DNA of 64,000 bases, taken from contig OX597826.1 of assembly GCA_951406725.2 (NCBI GenBank), positions 47,492,001-47,556,000 of the forward strand, in the 5' to 3' direction. Below the pieces are notes generated by a model. That model searched no databases, had not been told where the DNA came from, and worked only from the letters and a program-made list of their open reading frames with translations. The DNA comes from Octopus vulgaris (Eukaryota). Numbering within the stretch: position 1 is the first letter of the stretch; each line of letters opens with the position of its first letter. Positions 40,980 to 55,268 of this stretch are shown here, piece after piece. A program made the translations under genes and the position numbers.

Positions 40980-41295
40980 CATATATTCATACACGTACAA
41001 ACATATATAGATGTATATACATATCAGTAATTATGTATGTGTGTGTGGTGTACTGTTCGCATGTTGGTTGGTTAAGCAAATTATATTCAATAAAGCGAGA
41101 GTGAACCGTTATTTAATAAAAACAGTAAATTTACGTGAGGTACTTTAAGTTTCATGCCCAGAACGTGCGATATTCAGCTACGCATATAGAAAGCGCAACG
41201 TGTGCAATCCAGCAATCGTTCAGGAACCTATTACACGACAATGTTATCGCAAAATGAAACTTGAAGTAACCCAATTATAACTCCTGTACTTATTA

Positions 41296-41454
41296 GACGT
41301 GGCTGTGTGGTAAGAAGCTTGCTTGCTAACCATATGATTCCAGATTCAGTCCCACTGTGTGGCACCTTGGGCAAGTGTCTTCTACTATAGCCTCGGGTCG
41401 ACAAAAGCCTTGTGAGTGGATTTGGTAGACGTAAACTAAAAGTAGCCCGTCGTA

Positions 41455-41498
<44 letters not shown>

Positions 41499-41660
41499 TG
41501 TTTCGTTGGTGTTTTTACGACCCTGTAACCTAGCGGTTCGGCAAAATAATCCGATACAATAAGTACTAGGCTTACAAAGAATAAGTCCTGGGGTCGACTT
41601 GTTCGACTAAAGGCCGTACTCCGGCATGGTCCCTGTGACTGAAGCAAGTAAAAGAATTAA
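41296..41660 (+). mobile_element. SINE family B
   Basis: Family B sequence with an internal (TG)n. Confidence 0.92.
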
Positions 41661-42127
41661 AGGAATATATATTGTCGTGCTCCGAGTTAGGGATGCTTTA
41701 TATTACGAGGCCAAAGATTTCAAACTTTGATACCCTTCTTAATTCTAACTCGATTACGATTAGTCTTAATGCTAATACATTGCATTGATCATCTCTCTTT
41801 CTCTTCCTCTCTCTTACTCTTTCACTCATTCTCTTCCTCTTTCTCCTTCTCTCTCTCTCACTCACATACACACGCACATATGTGTGTGTGTGTATGTCTG
41901 TGTCTGTATGTCTGTCAGTGTGTGGTTATATTTATTCTTGTGCAAATATGCTTTCATTAAATATACAGTTAATAAACATTAGGCTGTTCAGTCTCCAGCT
42001 AACACCCAGTTTTGCGTCCATGAGCATATGTTAGTTCGGGCTAGACATGTACTCCCATATTGATATGAATGCGTATGTTTGTGTATGTGTGTATATAAAT
42101 ATATATATATATGTATATGTGTATATA

Positions 42128-42164
<37 letters not shown>

Positions 42165-42165
42165 T

Positions 42166-42215
<50 letters not shown>

Positions 42216-42342
42216 TAGATAGATAGATACACACAAATATATATCTATATATACATACACATATATATACATATATATATATACATACATTACATACATA
42301 TATACATACATTACAAACATACATACATACATACACACACAC

Positions 42343-42393
<51 letters not shown>

Positions 42394-42659
42394 TATAGGT
42401 GGCTTCAGAGAAATGAGAAAGAAAGAGAATATGGGATGATTTTGCTGTGTATTATCGCAACAATATGATAAAATCTGAATTTCGCTGCATTTGTTGGTAA
42501 ATTTCAAGTTTTCCTTTGATATTTTCTGATATGAAATGTTTTCTACTTTTCGCAACTATTTATTCCCACCTTCATTGTACACAATCACCCCTTCCTCGAC
42601 CCAAACGAACACACACACACACAAACATGTATATGCATATATATGAGTGTGTATGCGTA

Positions 42660-42776
<117 letters not shown>

Positions 42777-43791
42777 TGTATGTATGTATATGTATGCATG
42801 TATGTACATATACGACTTTCAAATATCAACGCCGCTTATTTTGTCCTATCTTTTTTGATGGTTTATCTAATTATGAAACTCCGTCATAAAATACTTTTTC
42901 CTTTCACAGCTTTTCATTAAGACATTTATTGTTGTTGTAGTTGTTGTTGTTGTTGTTGTTATTGTGTTTTTCTTTCATTCATTTTCCTTTATCTTCTTCA
43001 CTTCCTTTCTTCTTTCATCATATTTTTCGTTGTATTTTTTTATATTATATTATATTTTATTATTACACCGTCGTAAAATATTTTTGTTTTGTTTCTCTCT
43101 CTCTCTCATTTCTTTTCTTTTTTCTTTTCTTTTTGTTTGTTTGTTGTTTTTTTTTTTTGTTTTTTTTTTGTTTGTAATTCTGTTTATCTTCCTAGTTAAA
43201 AGCGAAACCTCTTTCAGCAATGAGAAATTACAGCAAATTAACTTGTAGTTGGTTCTCTGCACCAAGAAATTCTTCCACAAAACCTAATCTCTTTTAAGTT
43301 CTTGAATTATGACAGCAGCAGGCGTCTTTTTTCTTGTTACCATTTTACCTCCTAATCATTTATCTTCAGATGCAAATAGTCGTCTTATCTCTGCAGGTTA
43401 GCGAGATAAATAAATAGAATAAAACGTAGGATAAAACAAATGAATTACATAGCCAGAATATAAAATATTCTAAAATAGAAGCTGCTTATGAATTACTTTT
43501 GATAAAAATATAAATATAATTTTGAAAAAAAATCTATTACAATAACAAACAAACAGAACCAATATTAAGCATTTTCTCCGATAAAATATATAATTAAATA
43601 AGTAAATAAATTCAATTTTTTTTTAATTAATTTATTAAAGCTAAGATTGTTCAAAGAATGAATTTCTATTATATATTGAATGTAAACACGGTTATTGCTT
43701 TAATAGGATACAGGCAGAATGAGAATAAAAATGAGAGACAGGTGAACTTCATTTATTCAATATCTATATTTGCATTCAATAAATTTAAATG

Positions 43792-43863
<72 letters not shown>

Positions 43864-45387
43864 GTGTGTATGTTTGTATAACCAGAACTCTCACCACTCT
43901 TCTATATGTTAAACAAAATCAAAGTGTGCGCTGAATATTCAACTTTGTTAATTTCTCCATAACAAATATTTCTTATTGTGCAATATATTCTAATGTTTGT
44001 TTTGCGATATGTTGTTTCGCCATCTTGTTTTCCCGTAGCTATGAGGATGGTGTTGTAAGATCTAGGGCAAGTGACTTCTGTCCTAACCAATGGCGTGGCA
44101 CTAGAGTCTGGGAAACGGAAAACTGTAAAGAAGCCCGTTTCATATGAATGTAAGTTCATGCACTCACATACTACATGTACACACGCAGACACACTCACAG
44201 ATACACACACATATAAACATACACATGTATATATACATATTTACATACATACATATATACATATGCATATATGTATGCATAGCCAGAGACTATATACACA
44301 CGCGTATATATATTCTTATATTTATGTATATATATATACGTAAGCAGACATATGTGTGTTTATATGTGTGCACATGCGTGCATGTGTGTATGTTTCACTG
44401 ATTTACGTTGGCAGTAAATATAAACATCGGCTCGTTAACAGGCAAATGGACTCTTTCGAACGGTGTTCCTTTTGATATTTGTTCTGCGCTTGTTGCACAG
44501 ACACTCCATAGTCACTTTCACCATAGTAACTACTAAAAGTCTGTTGTTGAAACGTTAGAAATCAGTTACTAACGACGCCTATAGTTTACGACTACCGTTT
44601 AAAACGAAATAAAGCTATTATTTAAGATTGCATTTCTTTAAAAAAAAATAGCGTCAAATTTATCATTTTAATAATTAATTGCTCTTCAGTTACTCTCCAC
44701 TCAACTATAATTTAATAATTGTTATCGGCTTTTTTCTCGCAGTTCACCTGTACAGGACAGACCAATGATGAAATGCGTTTCATTTATGACTCCCTCTTGT
44801 TACCACAAAACATAGAAAGAAGGAACCGTGCAAATGTAAACTAATTCTTGAAACGTATCAGTCTCTCCCTCTTTGCTTATCATCCAGATGTCTTTCGTTT
44901 CGCTTTGGTATTTCGGGGAGTTTATTGTCTTTGTTGCATTTGTTGTGGCAGTAACTCTGTCTAATGTGACGATACACTTGTCAAGAAGACATTGATAAAT
45001 TGCAGGTTGGTATATTTATGACACATTACCTAATTAAATTATCATTGCAGAGTTTATCTTTCCATCTTCAATGGTAATTTCTTAATGTAAATAAATTTCA
45101 ATTAATACAATTATTTCTTCAATACGGCTTGTTAAAACACTCCGATATTTTTCCCTTGACAAATATTCTCTCACCTTTTATATTCTGTCTTCATATACGC
45201 ACACTTTCATATCCTCTCTTCATATTATGTCTTCATATTCTTCTACCTCACTATACTGTCGTTATATTCTACATTCTGTCATTTTATATCTTCGTATACC
45301 GTCCTATTTTCTACTCATCACAATCATTTTTCTTTATTATATTCGGTCAACTATATACTGTCCATTCTTTTAGAAATTATAATAATA

Positions 45388-45441
45388 ATGCAGTACCAGA
45401 CAGTGGTTCTCATGGCTTCTGATTTTAACTGACTGGAAGTG
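45388..45441 (+). mobile_element. Isolated copy of the 5' terminus of the 45841-47074 element
   Basis: tgcagtaccagacagtggttctcatggcttctgattttaactgactggaagtg matches the reverse complement of about 47014-47066. Preceded by (TAA)n. Confidence 0.7.
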
Positions 45442-45840
45442 ATCGGTTTTACTACGTGGTATGTGTCTTTTATTGTTGGTCCAGGCCGTCCAATGCCTTG
45501 TAAATAAATTTGGTAGACAGAAACTGTTTTGGAGCTCTTCGTATGTACGTGTATATGTTCATATATGTGTGATAAAATATATACTAGTAATATACGCCGT
45601 TATAGTCAATAGTCTACACTGCGTCCGTTTATTATCACGCCGGTGATATTTTGTTGCAAGCCCATTATATTGATATAAAATCATTCAGAATAAGCTTGAA
45701 ACAAAATATCATACCTCAATTCATCGTCGTCGTCGTCATCGTCATCATCATCATCATCATTACTATTATTATTTACTTATTTATTTAAGTACCAGTTAAG
45801 TACTGGAGGTCGATGTAATTGATTTTTTCTTGGTGATCTC

Positions 45841-47074
45841 TGACAACTATATCCGGCCTATTAGCATTAATTTATCTATCTGTGTGTGTTTTGGCATATA
45901 CCATAGTATGGTTGCCTTCTCATTTTCTGTGACCTTTTCTGTCATGTGCCTATACCATCTTTTTTCTGTTGTTATTCCATAGTGTTGGCATAGCTTCCAG
46001 TGTATATAGGTCCCAACCCAGTCGTGTCTATAAATATATTCCTTCTTAGTCAGGATTGGGCAGCCAGAAACAATATTGTTTATTGCTTCTTGTCCATCTC
46101 CACATTTTCTGCAGTTATTTGTTGTATTTCTTTTCATTATATATTTTTGGTAATTTCTGGTGGAGAGGCTTTGGTTTTGTGCTGCAATTAAAATTCCTTC
46201 AGTTTTTGCTTTGAGTCCTGAGCTTCTCGGCCATCGTTGGGATTTTGCTTTGTCTATTTCTTTTGCGTTTAGTTTAACCCAGTATTTGCTATGAAGAGGC
46301 TTTTCTTGCCATCGTTTTATCACGATCCGTTGCTGTTCCAGTTTTAGTTTGGATTTCAGTTGTTTTAAAGCTTTTGTTCTTTTTTCTTCTTCTTCTTATT
46401 TGTTAGGTAGTATGACTTCTTGTTTGTATTTGTCAGCTTCCTTAAAAACTGGAAAGTTTTTTGTTTTGTTCGTATTTTGTGACTATTTGTATTACTTTTC
46501 CTTGCTTCTGAAGTAGGTATTTTTGTAGTCCTATGGTGGTTATTTTGTAATAGTTTTCTAGCCATCAAAGTGACACTGGGGTACAAATATACCCATCATG
46601 ACTATTCGTCTGATAAGGGTACACCAGGCAAATGCATCACAACCTTATGTGTGCGACATGGTGATCTTACATCAAGATAAACTACGTATGATCTTGCTGG
46701 TGGGGCCCAGTTAAAATTTTCTTCAGGTTGAGTAGCCCTTCCTGCTCAAAAGGTCCCTGAATGAGGTTAGCTTAAGGATGATGAACCCATTTTTCCAGAG
46801 GTGAATTATTCAAACCCCAAAGAATTCCTCTCAACACATGGCTATGGTGCTCCCCAACTACATTTGCCCATGATCAGAGATGCACATATCGTCAGCTATT
46901 AAGGGAATGCTCAACTGGTTATGGTTAAGCAACTGACAAGCAAATCTCTAGTATTGAACAGAATATTTGCTGTAACCCATCTTTTATACCATGACAAAAC
47001 AATGTACATGATAACACTTCCAATCAGTTAAGATCAAAAGCCATGGAACCACTGCCTGTTACTGCAACAGGGCA
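45841..47074 (-). mobile_element. Dong/R4-like RLE non-LTR retrotransposon, internally deleted
   Basis: WQEKPLH...TEGILIAAQNQSLSTRNY...CRKC...EAINNIVSGCPIL..EYIYRHD..HWKLC...EN..ATILW is the CCHC knuckle/RHD region of R4/Dong elements. Flanked by (CAA)n/(TAA)n/(TGA)n. Assigning 46570-47074 as its 5' region is an inference. Confidence 0.8.
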
Positions 47075-49697
47075 GTTGTTGTTGTTGTTGTTGTTATTGT
47101 TGTTGTAATTGTTGTTTTTGTTGTTGTTGTTGTTTTTTTTGTTGTTGTTGTTGGTGGTGGTGTTGTCGTCGTCGTGGTCGTCGCCGCTGTGTGTATAACT
47201 TTGTGCTTGTTTCTGAGATTTTGAAATTGTTAAAATGATTATAATCTTGGTGATGAACTTCATAAAAGACAATTCGTAACAGTGAGTCTTTTAGAGTTAC
47301 GTATCTCTCCATCCAAAATAATCAGCGTATGATCACCATGGCTATATGAATAAATATAGCAAATAAATGATTTCTACCATAAGCTTGTATGAAAGATTCT
47401 AATTGTCTGTGTATATACATTTGTGTTGACTTGTGCGCATCGATGATTCTCTATGTGAATGCATATAGGGTTATCTATGTATGCTTAAGTAAGTATGTCC
47501 CTATGACCGTGTCTGGCTGTGTGTATGTATGCATGAATGCATGCATCTGTCCATGAGTGTGATTATCTAGTTGCATGTATGTTTGCGTATATTTACAAAA
47601 TGTCTACTCATGTATATATATAAATATATATATGTATGTATATATAAGTGTGTTTGTATGTATGCATATACGGATGTAACGGTGTGTGTGTCTTTGTGTA
47701 TGCTGTTTGCACAGTCAATAATAATGTCTAAGTAATGAGCATGATCGTAATCTGTAATTGTTAGTTGCAAACCTTTATCTTAGAACTCAGTTTCCAAACT
47801 TACTTTATAATTTCAAAGATAAAGGAAAATTATACGTAGAAAAAAAATGCAAGAGAGCATGGCAGAAGATAACGCATGTTTACTGTATTATGGATAAAGT
47901 GAGAAAATTGAGCTATAAATACTAGAATTGGACTCCATATAGTTGTGTAAGTTATATTAGATGGAATTAGTCCAGTGTATAGATTAATATTGTTGAAAAT
48001 GGTTCTATCAGATCACAGACAGCTTCTTACTATAGAGATATAGATACTGGATAGAATGATCCGTCTTGTGCCAGATTCAGATACAAAATTGCAAACTGAT
48101 CAAAGGATTACCATTATTATGATGTTCTTTCTGTATTTCCTTATTATTTCCATCGTAGATTACAGATAAGAATATATTCCTGTTTCGTCAGTAGCTGAAC
48201 CATGTTTAAAATTTGGTGATATATGCCAATTTATTTCTGCTGCTTATTCCATTTATATGAAGATCTTTTATTCTTTTTTTTTTTTTTTTTGCTTTATTTT
48301 TTGTGCTGGACTTTTGAACTGATAAGAACATTCCCTCATTAACTTTGACTGAATAAAATTACAAATAAGCATGAAAAAGGCAAAAAAAAAAAAAACAGAC
48401 ACAAAAGATCAGCAAGTTAGCAAAATTGTTTGAAAATAACTAAAGCTAACGAGGATATCATCTTAATATTTACAAAAATCCTATTAATTATAAAAATAAA
48501 AGAAAGAGAAAATAAGAATTTAAAAAAATATTTTGAAGCAAATCTAAGCCAACTTTAAGAGAAATATATTTTCTTTTATTCAATTCTGTCTTTCAAATTT
48601 TAATTTCTTTCTATTGATCATTCATCCATTTACTTCGATCTTGTATTTAATTCTGTATACTCTCCATCACAATTCTTCTTTCACAGATTTATTTATTTGC
48701 TTCTTAATTTATTTCTATCGTTCTTTCATTCTTTTAGTGTTATTCCTAACTTCAGTTATTTTGGAGATTAATAATTCAAACTCGAATTCATAGAAATTTA
48801 TTAAAGAAACCTATTTATTTGATATTCTTTCAATTATATTTTTCCATAACTCACAGAACCACGATTGATAACGAATCAGACAACCAACTGAAAATTCGCT
48901 AGTTCATATATTGTTATAGACACTAGAGTACCCATGGTACAAGTACTAACCTATCAAATGACCTGACCATCTATCTGTGAATAAGAACCTTCAGTACTGG
49001 AATAAACAACTCACTGCACTGCATTGAGCTGTAAATGTACTCTATAATTTCTTTTGTTAGATTTCAGCTTTAAAATCAATATTTTGTCGCCCAGTCCTGC
49101 ACCCTATCTGATCCTTCGGTTCGTTCAGTGATGTCTATTGTTGCAAACATTCGGACCAACCTTCAGTTTGGGGATACGTCATGAAAGGTTTATAAAGGGA
49201 CTTTAGCATTCTCTTTCCTACCTGACTTTACAGTAAAAAATTCTGATGCTAGACTAACTCCGAAAGAAGTTCAATTCGCTCCTCCGCCTCAGGACATGAA
49301 CTCCTGCTATCTCCGACTCGACGATATATTTGCAACAATCTGTCTCAATATAAACAGGTTATTATTCCCAGGTAAAATATCTATCATACTCAAATACTGA
49401 AGGCAATCAAGACAGCGTTATTACTTAAAATAATGGGAACGTATAAAATATCTCTGTATCTTATTAACTTATTTCAAAGCTGTCTTGTTACTAGAGTAGA
49501 ATTCTGTGTCTAAATCATATACTAATACAAGTGTAATAAAATATATACGATTAAAATATATACGATAGTTCCATAGTAATTGTTTGTTTAACTACTGTAA
49601 AATTTTCTATCAGATCCGTGCTACTCAGACACGGGTGTGTACTGCACAGCCTACTATCACACGCGTGCGAGTATGACGAGGTAATATACACCACATA

Positions 49698-49930
49698 AGG
49701 CGGCGAGCTGGCAGAACCGTTAGCACGCCGGGCGAAATGCGTAGCCGTATTTCGTCTGCCGTTACGTTCTGAGTTCAAATTCTGCCGCGGTCGACTTTGC
49801 TTTTCATCCTTTCGGGGTCGATAAATTAAGTACCAGTTACGCACTGGGGGTCGATGTAATCGACTTAATCCGTTTGTCTGTCCTTGTTTGTCCTCTCTGT
49901 GTTTAACCCCTTGTGGATAATAAAGAAACA
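49698..49930 (+). mobile_element. SINE family C, full length, tail type 1, with TSD
   Basis: ggcggcgagctggcagaaccgttagc...gagttcaaatt...ccccttgtggataataaagaaa. TSD taatatacacca on both sides. Confidence 0.95.
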
Positions 49931-51499
49931 GATAATATACACCATACTTTCGCTAATTGCTCTAGAAGCTTATGTTGCTCCGAGGAGACATAGATACCAT
50001 CTGTGATCCCTTACCCTTAACCCAACAGAACATCCAAAGCAACACGACTGGGGGAAAAAAATATGTGCCTTCGCACGGTCGGTACTTATTATAGGCGAGA
50101 AGTGTGCAGCAACATGAGAGGAAGTAGCTTGATAGACAAACGACGCATTACACTGACCAGGAATTTAATCCAGACACCTTACTTTACGCGGATGTTCAAA
50201 AATAAACTAGAGATCTATCAACTGTTTTCAAACAATGTGGAATCAACTGACCAGTATGATGTCCGAAGAATAAACCACCAAGACTTGAATATCTGCCAAC
50301 TACTACTTCAAGAATAGAAATTGTCGCCAACAACAAATCAGGGAAACAAAAGATTAACTTCTTATAAATAAAACAATAATCCGAAATTGTAAACGAAGAT
50401 AGGAAGTGTTAGCTGTGTTTTACATTGATTATTAAAATAAAACTTTTTCTATAGTTCTACATTCTTAGATTAAAAAAAAATGCTTAGGCGTATTCAAAAT
50501 ACTCAATAACATCACATCATTTCTCAGTGAGAGCATGAAACTCTTGTAGATATATATGATATTGGCTGGATATCAATGTGAACCCGACAAGTATCTTTAG
50601 TAAGAAAGCATGGTATGAGGGAGAAGATGGAAGTTACATGGCGATGAAAGGTGAAATAATGGACGCAAAGAAGATGTTGTGGGAAAAAAAAGGGTGTAGA
50701 AGCGATTGAGGTGGAATTTTCGGATGAGAAGATAAAAGAGTGTGAAGAGATATTTGAGATAGTATTAAGAAAGGAGGGGCTTTTGATTGGAGATGATAGG
50801 TGACGAAGGGTTGTGAAGGACAGGTAAGTGATGCTGGCGGATGGGGCCGTTAGCATCGCTTTCATATTACCATTTTTTCATTTAAAATTCATTTTCCATA
50901 TTATTAATTATAATGTTCTATGTCCCCAATGTTTTGTAATGTCCCATCTGCATCGCCCCTTGTGGGTAATAAAAAATCAGATATTGGCTGGATATTTGAG
51001 AAAGTCAAGATAAAGAGAGGAATATTGCAATGAGATAATCTTGTAATTTTTACTATAAGTAATTAGTCTTGTTTTAAGAAATGGATTCCCGTGGAACATT
51101 TCTTGACAAAGGTAAGAGCGGAATATGGGCCACGTAAAAAGATACAAACATCATCAACTATCTCTTATTTATGAGCGATCTGAAATCAATGGTATGGATA
51201 GAAAACAACTTCATATTTGGAGTAGAGTTGGTATATTCAATGAGACCTTAAGAATGGTTTGGCTGTGGTCAGTAATGCACCCTTATCAAGACGATGATCA
51301 GATTGTCTGGGATTGGGACAATTTAGCCCCCTACAGGTAGAAATATAATGGAAGTTAATAAAGAAACCGAGTAGAAATATGTAGCTTTCCAATTGATAAG
51401 TAAACGACCAGGAAATTCTTTGTATAAAAGCGGGAGAAAAATGATAGGTATATTGAAAAAGGAATGCTTAAGAAAGGCAAAGAAAATATTAAAACAATT

Positions 51500-51661
51500 A
51501 CAGCGACCTCAGTGTTCGACTGGTACTTATTTTATCGAGCACGAAGGAATGAAAGGTAAAGTCAGCCTTGGCGGAATTTGAACTCAGAACGTAAGAACGG
51601 ACAGAATATAGCTAAGCATTTTGCCCGTCACGTGCTAACGATTTCGCAAGCTCGCCACCTT
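51500..51661 (-). mobile_element. SINE family C, diverged
   Basis: gactggtacttattttatcga...ggcggaatttgaactcagaacg...gctcgccacct. Confidence 0.8.
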
Positions 51662-52579
51662 AAACAATAAAAATATCACCACAATTGTCAACATACACAG
51701 TGTTTAGATCACTACTTAACAATTCATTTTTCATAAATTTTAATTATAATGTTCTATGTCCCCATGTCTTTTGGTGTCCCCCTCTGTGTCGCCCCTAGTG
51801 GGTAATAAAGAATCAACAGTGTTTAGATCATTCGATACAGTGCAGATATCATCGATTGGAGCACCCAAGAATTACAAGCTAAAGATAGGAAACTTTGTTC
51901 CATTGCACGTTTCAAAAAAACTGGTAAAATTGATAGACTGTATATAAAAAACAGTAATAAAAGGAAGCGGTTTGATAAGCAGAGAAGATAGAGCTATAAT
52001 AGAGGAACACTGCTTGTAAAATTACGTGTTAGAAAGTAAACAAGAATACCGAGAGCTGTGAAAAAAAAAGGGAACAATAAACGCCAGAAACAGAAATAAA
52101 AGGAAAAGACTAAATGAGAAAAAACTTAGAGAAGTTTTCTTTTAAGGAGATGCATTCAGAAGGACTCTGGATTGAAAGTGATTAAGAAAAAGGGCTTGAA
52201 AAATCCACAGAAGACATTATGATGATAGCCCAAGGATAGGCCTTAAAAACAAGAGACGTATAAATAAGGTGGACATATTATCACTACGAGGATCATGTGG
52301 CGAGAAGAAGAGATTGTCGCGCGCTTATTATCAGAATGTTATAAACTGGTGCAGGAACTATACAAAGATTGGAAACATGAAAAAATTACATTTATTATAT
52401 ACAGGTTACGCTGTATAACATGCATCATATAGGTCAACTTTGCCTTTCATGCAACATTCAGAATATCGTATGAGCATAGATCAACGGACGTTGGAAAAGA
52501 CGATCTTGTATGAAATGTTTTGAGACATGAAAATCTAGAGAAGGATTGATACAATCGAGTTCAGGTAATTATCGTTCTG

Positions 52580-53160
52580 CTAATAATAATGGTTTCAAAT
52601 TTTGGCACAATGGCAGAAAGTTCGGGTCAGCAAGTTCGACCCGAATGCTCTACTGGTATTCATTTTATCGACTCCGAAAAGTTGAATGGCAAAGTCGACT
52701 TCGGTGTAATTTGAACTCAGCAAGTAAAGACGGACGAAATACCAATTTCTTTACTACCCACAAGGGGCTACACACAGAGAGGACAAACAAGGACAGACAA
52801 ACAGATTAAGTCGATTATATCGACCCCAGTGCGGAAGCTGGTACTCATTTAATCGACCCCGAAAGGATGAAAGGCAAAGTCGACCTCGTCGGAATTTGAA
52901 CTCAGCCCGTAGTGGCAGACGAAATACCTATTTCTTTACTACCCACAAGGGGCTAAACACAGAGAGGACAAACAAGGACAGACAAACGGACTAAGTCGAT
53001 TATATCGACCCCAGAGCGTAACTGGTAATTATTTCATCGACCAAGAGAGAATGAAAGGCACAGTCGACCTCAGCGGAATTTGAACTCAGAACGTAGCGGC
53101 AGCCGAAATACTGCTAAGCATTCCGCCCGGCGTGCTAACGATTCTGCCAGCATGCTGCCC
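52580..53160 (-). mobile_element. SINE family C tandem trimer
   Basis: Three bodies with one head; junctions at gacgaaatacc.atttctttactacccacaagg. Confidence 0.9.
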
Positions 53161-53569
53161 TAATAATTATGAAAATAACGATTTACTTATTTCTATTATC
53201 GTCGATGTGAAAAATGAAGTGAGAAACAAGCAATTATTTTTCTTTTTCGTACAGTAATAAATAGTAACAGATGGTAGTTAATGTTTTAAGTACTTTTGTT
53301 GCATTAATTGTATTAATTATGTACCTGAGGGATAAAAGAACGTAGCATTGTGTGAACACAATTAGTAAATGAATGAGGAAAGTTTACAGGTGAAAAGAAT
53401 AGCAAGCTGTGTACAATTGGAATATCGTCCACTTTTAACTAGTTTGTGTTTTATTGGAGATCCTATTGTTAGTGTCGAATGTTGATGTGGTCGAAGCATC
53501 ATAGGTATAAATTAAGCAAACATAGATATAAATGAAGTCATACACACGAATAACACGTAAGTGTGAGTG

Positions 53570-53780
53570 TGAGGGGGTGATGAAAAGTTCATGGTTTTGG
53601 GTAAAAGGAAATATAGGAGGATCAGTTAATTATTTTATTGAAGATATTCCCCTCTCAGAATCACACATTTATTGCCAGCGGTCTTCCATCTTTCCGAAGC
53701 CTTGTAAAATATCTAGGAAAGTTGGGCCTGCAACCAGGCCTTTCACGACACCCTTAGATATAATAACTTTTCAGCACCTT
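53570..53780. mobile_element. Mariner-derived MITE (same family as 11238)
   Basis: gagggggtgatgaaaagttcatggttttgggtaaaag...gatcagttaat...aacttttcagcacc. Confidence 0.7.
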
Positions 53781-54008
53781 TGTGTGTGTGTGTGTATTCT
53801 TTTATTCTTTTACTTGTTTCAGTCATTTGACTGCGGCTATGCTGGAGTACCACCTTTAGTCGACAAAATCTACCTCAGGACTTATTCTTTATATATATAT
53901 ATATATATATATATACGCGCATTGGAATATACTTACGTACAATTGAATTCTATAATTTCCTTAGAAGGATCCAGCTTTTTATATTTGTATACAAACGCCG
54001 AAAAGTCC

Positions 54009-54047
<39 letters not shown>

Positions 54048-54075
54048 AGAAAAAAGCAACAAGAATGGATTAGTT

Positions 54076-54168
54076 GTTCAGTACAATTGTTTCATACGAA
54101 GAACAGATTTATTAAAAGCTGCAAATATTGCAGCAAATACAAATGTCCCGTATTCATCAGCCAAAACA
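54076..54168 (-). ncRNA. Hammerhead-like motif, intact core, expanded helix II
   Basis: guuuugg-CUGAUGA-AUACG, about 50 nt including the hairpin gcugcaauauuugcagc, then CGUAU-GAAA-CAAUUG-UA-cugaac. Lies in the TA-flanked island 54045-54697. Confidence 0.7.
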
Positions 54169-54694
54169 CATATGAGTTTTTCAAACATCCTAGGGGGTGA
54201 GGCTACACCCATGAAGTATCGAAGAGAGTTCTATGAAAAGCAAAGTTAGATTGTAAGCAGACTTAAAATGTTTTCTAATGATGCACAGTTTTATAAAAGT
54301 TTTTTAAAAAAGATTGTTAGCTTCACAGAAAAGGTAAATCCATCCATAATAATGCAGGTGTAATTTCCGGAGATATGAGGAGAGATTTTATTCTCAGAGA
54401 AGATGAATGTATCCATAATAATGTAGATGTAATTTCCTGATATATGAGGAGAAGATGTTGATCACACATCTATTCGTTTCACAAAACTACGTTGTTGGAA
54501 GAAGAGATTGGCTATAGTGGCTAAAAGAAGTCGCAAAAGAAGCCAGTGAAGCAGAAACCGCCCAAATAAGGAAATTATGGGAGGAAGCGGGTGTAAGTAC
54601 GCAACCTACAAAGTTAAGCTTTATTTCTGTGGTGACAGAAAATCTAGGTCAGTGTTGCAGGAATTTAAGATTTATAAGAGAAAATTATTTTTGA

Positions 54695-54751
<57 letters not shown>

Positions 54752-55069
54752 ATATAATTAGATACACAAATGAATGAGCTACTGATAGTTTCATGCTATT
54801 ATGATACTTGAACAGGCATAATATACGCCTTGTATCTTAAAGTAATTTTTCAGGCCCTGTTTATGCGTTATATATGTTTTCTTTTAAACAAAGACGCTGG
54901 ACAGTAAGAAAATAAGAAAAAAAAAAAAACATGGAAAAAGCATGAAGAAGGTTGGTGCAAAATGGAACGAGAAAAAGAAATGAAATCATGAACTAAGGTT
55001 CGCGTACTTCCTGAAGAGAACAACATAGCAGAAAATACGTGTCAAAGTCGGCACACGCGCACATACATA

Positions 55070-55240
55070 TATACGACGAATTTCCACACAATTTCTGCCT
55101 ACCAAATTCGCTCATGAGGTATAAATCAGTCCGGGGATTATAGTAAAAGACACTTGCCTAGGCTGCTGCGCAGTGGGATGAACCTGAAACGACGCGGTTG
55201 CAAAGCGAGCCTCTAAACCGCCTGTTCATACCCATGCCTC
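55070..55240 (-). mobile_element. SINE family B 5' half, diverged
   Basis: tttctgcctaccaaattcgctcatgagg...aagacacttgcctagg...cgcagtggga. Confidence 0.7.
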
Positions 55241-55268
55241 AAATGCAGAGGAAATATGAATAAGTTAA

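Noticed and set aside
52740-53110. CRISPR-like regularly spaced repeats
   Set aside because: The units are whole SINE bodies with no unique spacers; the context is eukaryotic and has no cas genes.
53532-54200. 222-aa ORF
   Set aside because: Read-through across a MITE, a SINE fragment, TA tracts and a PLE-like island; not a gene.
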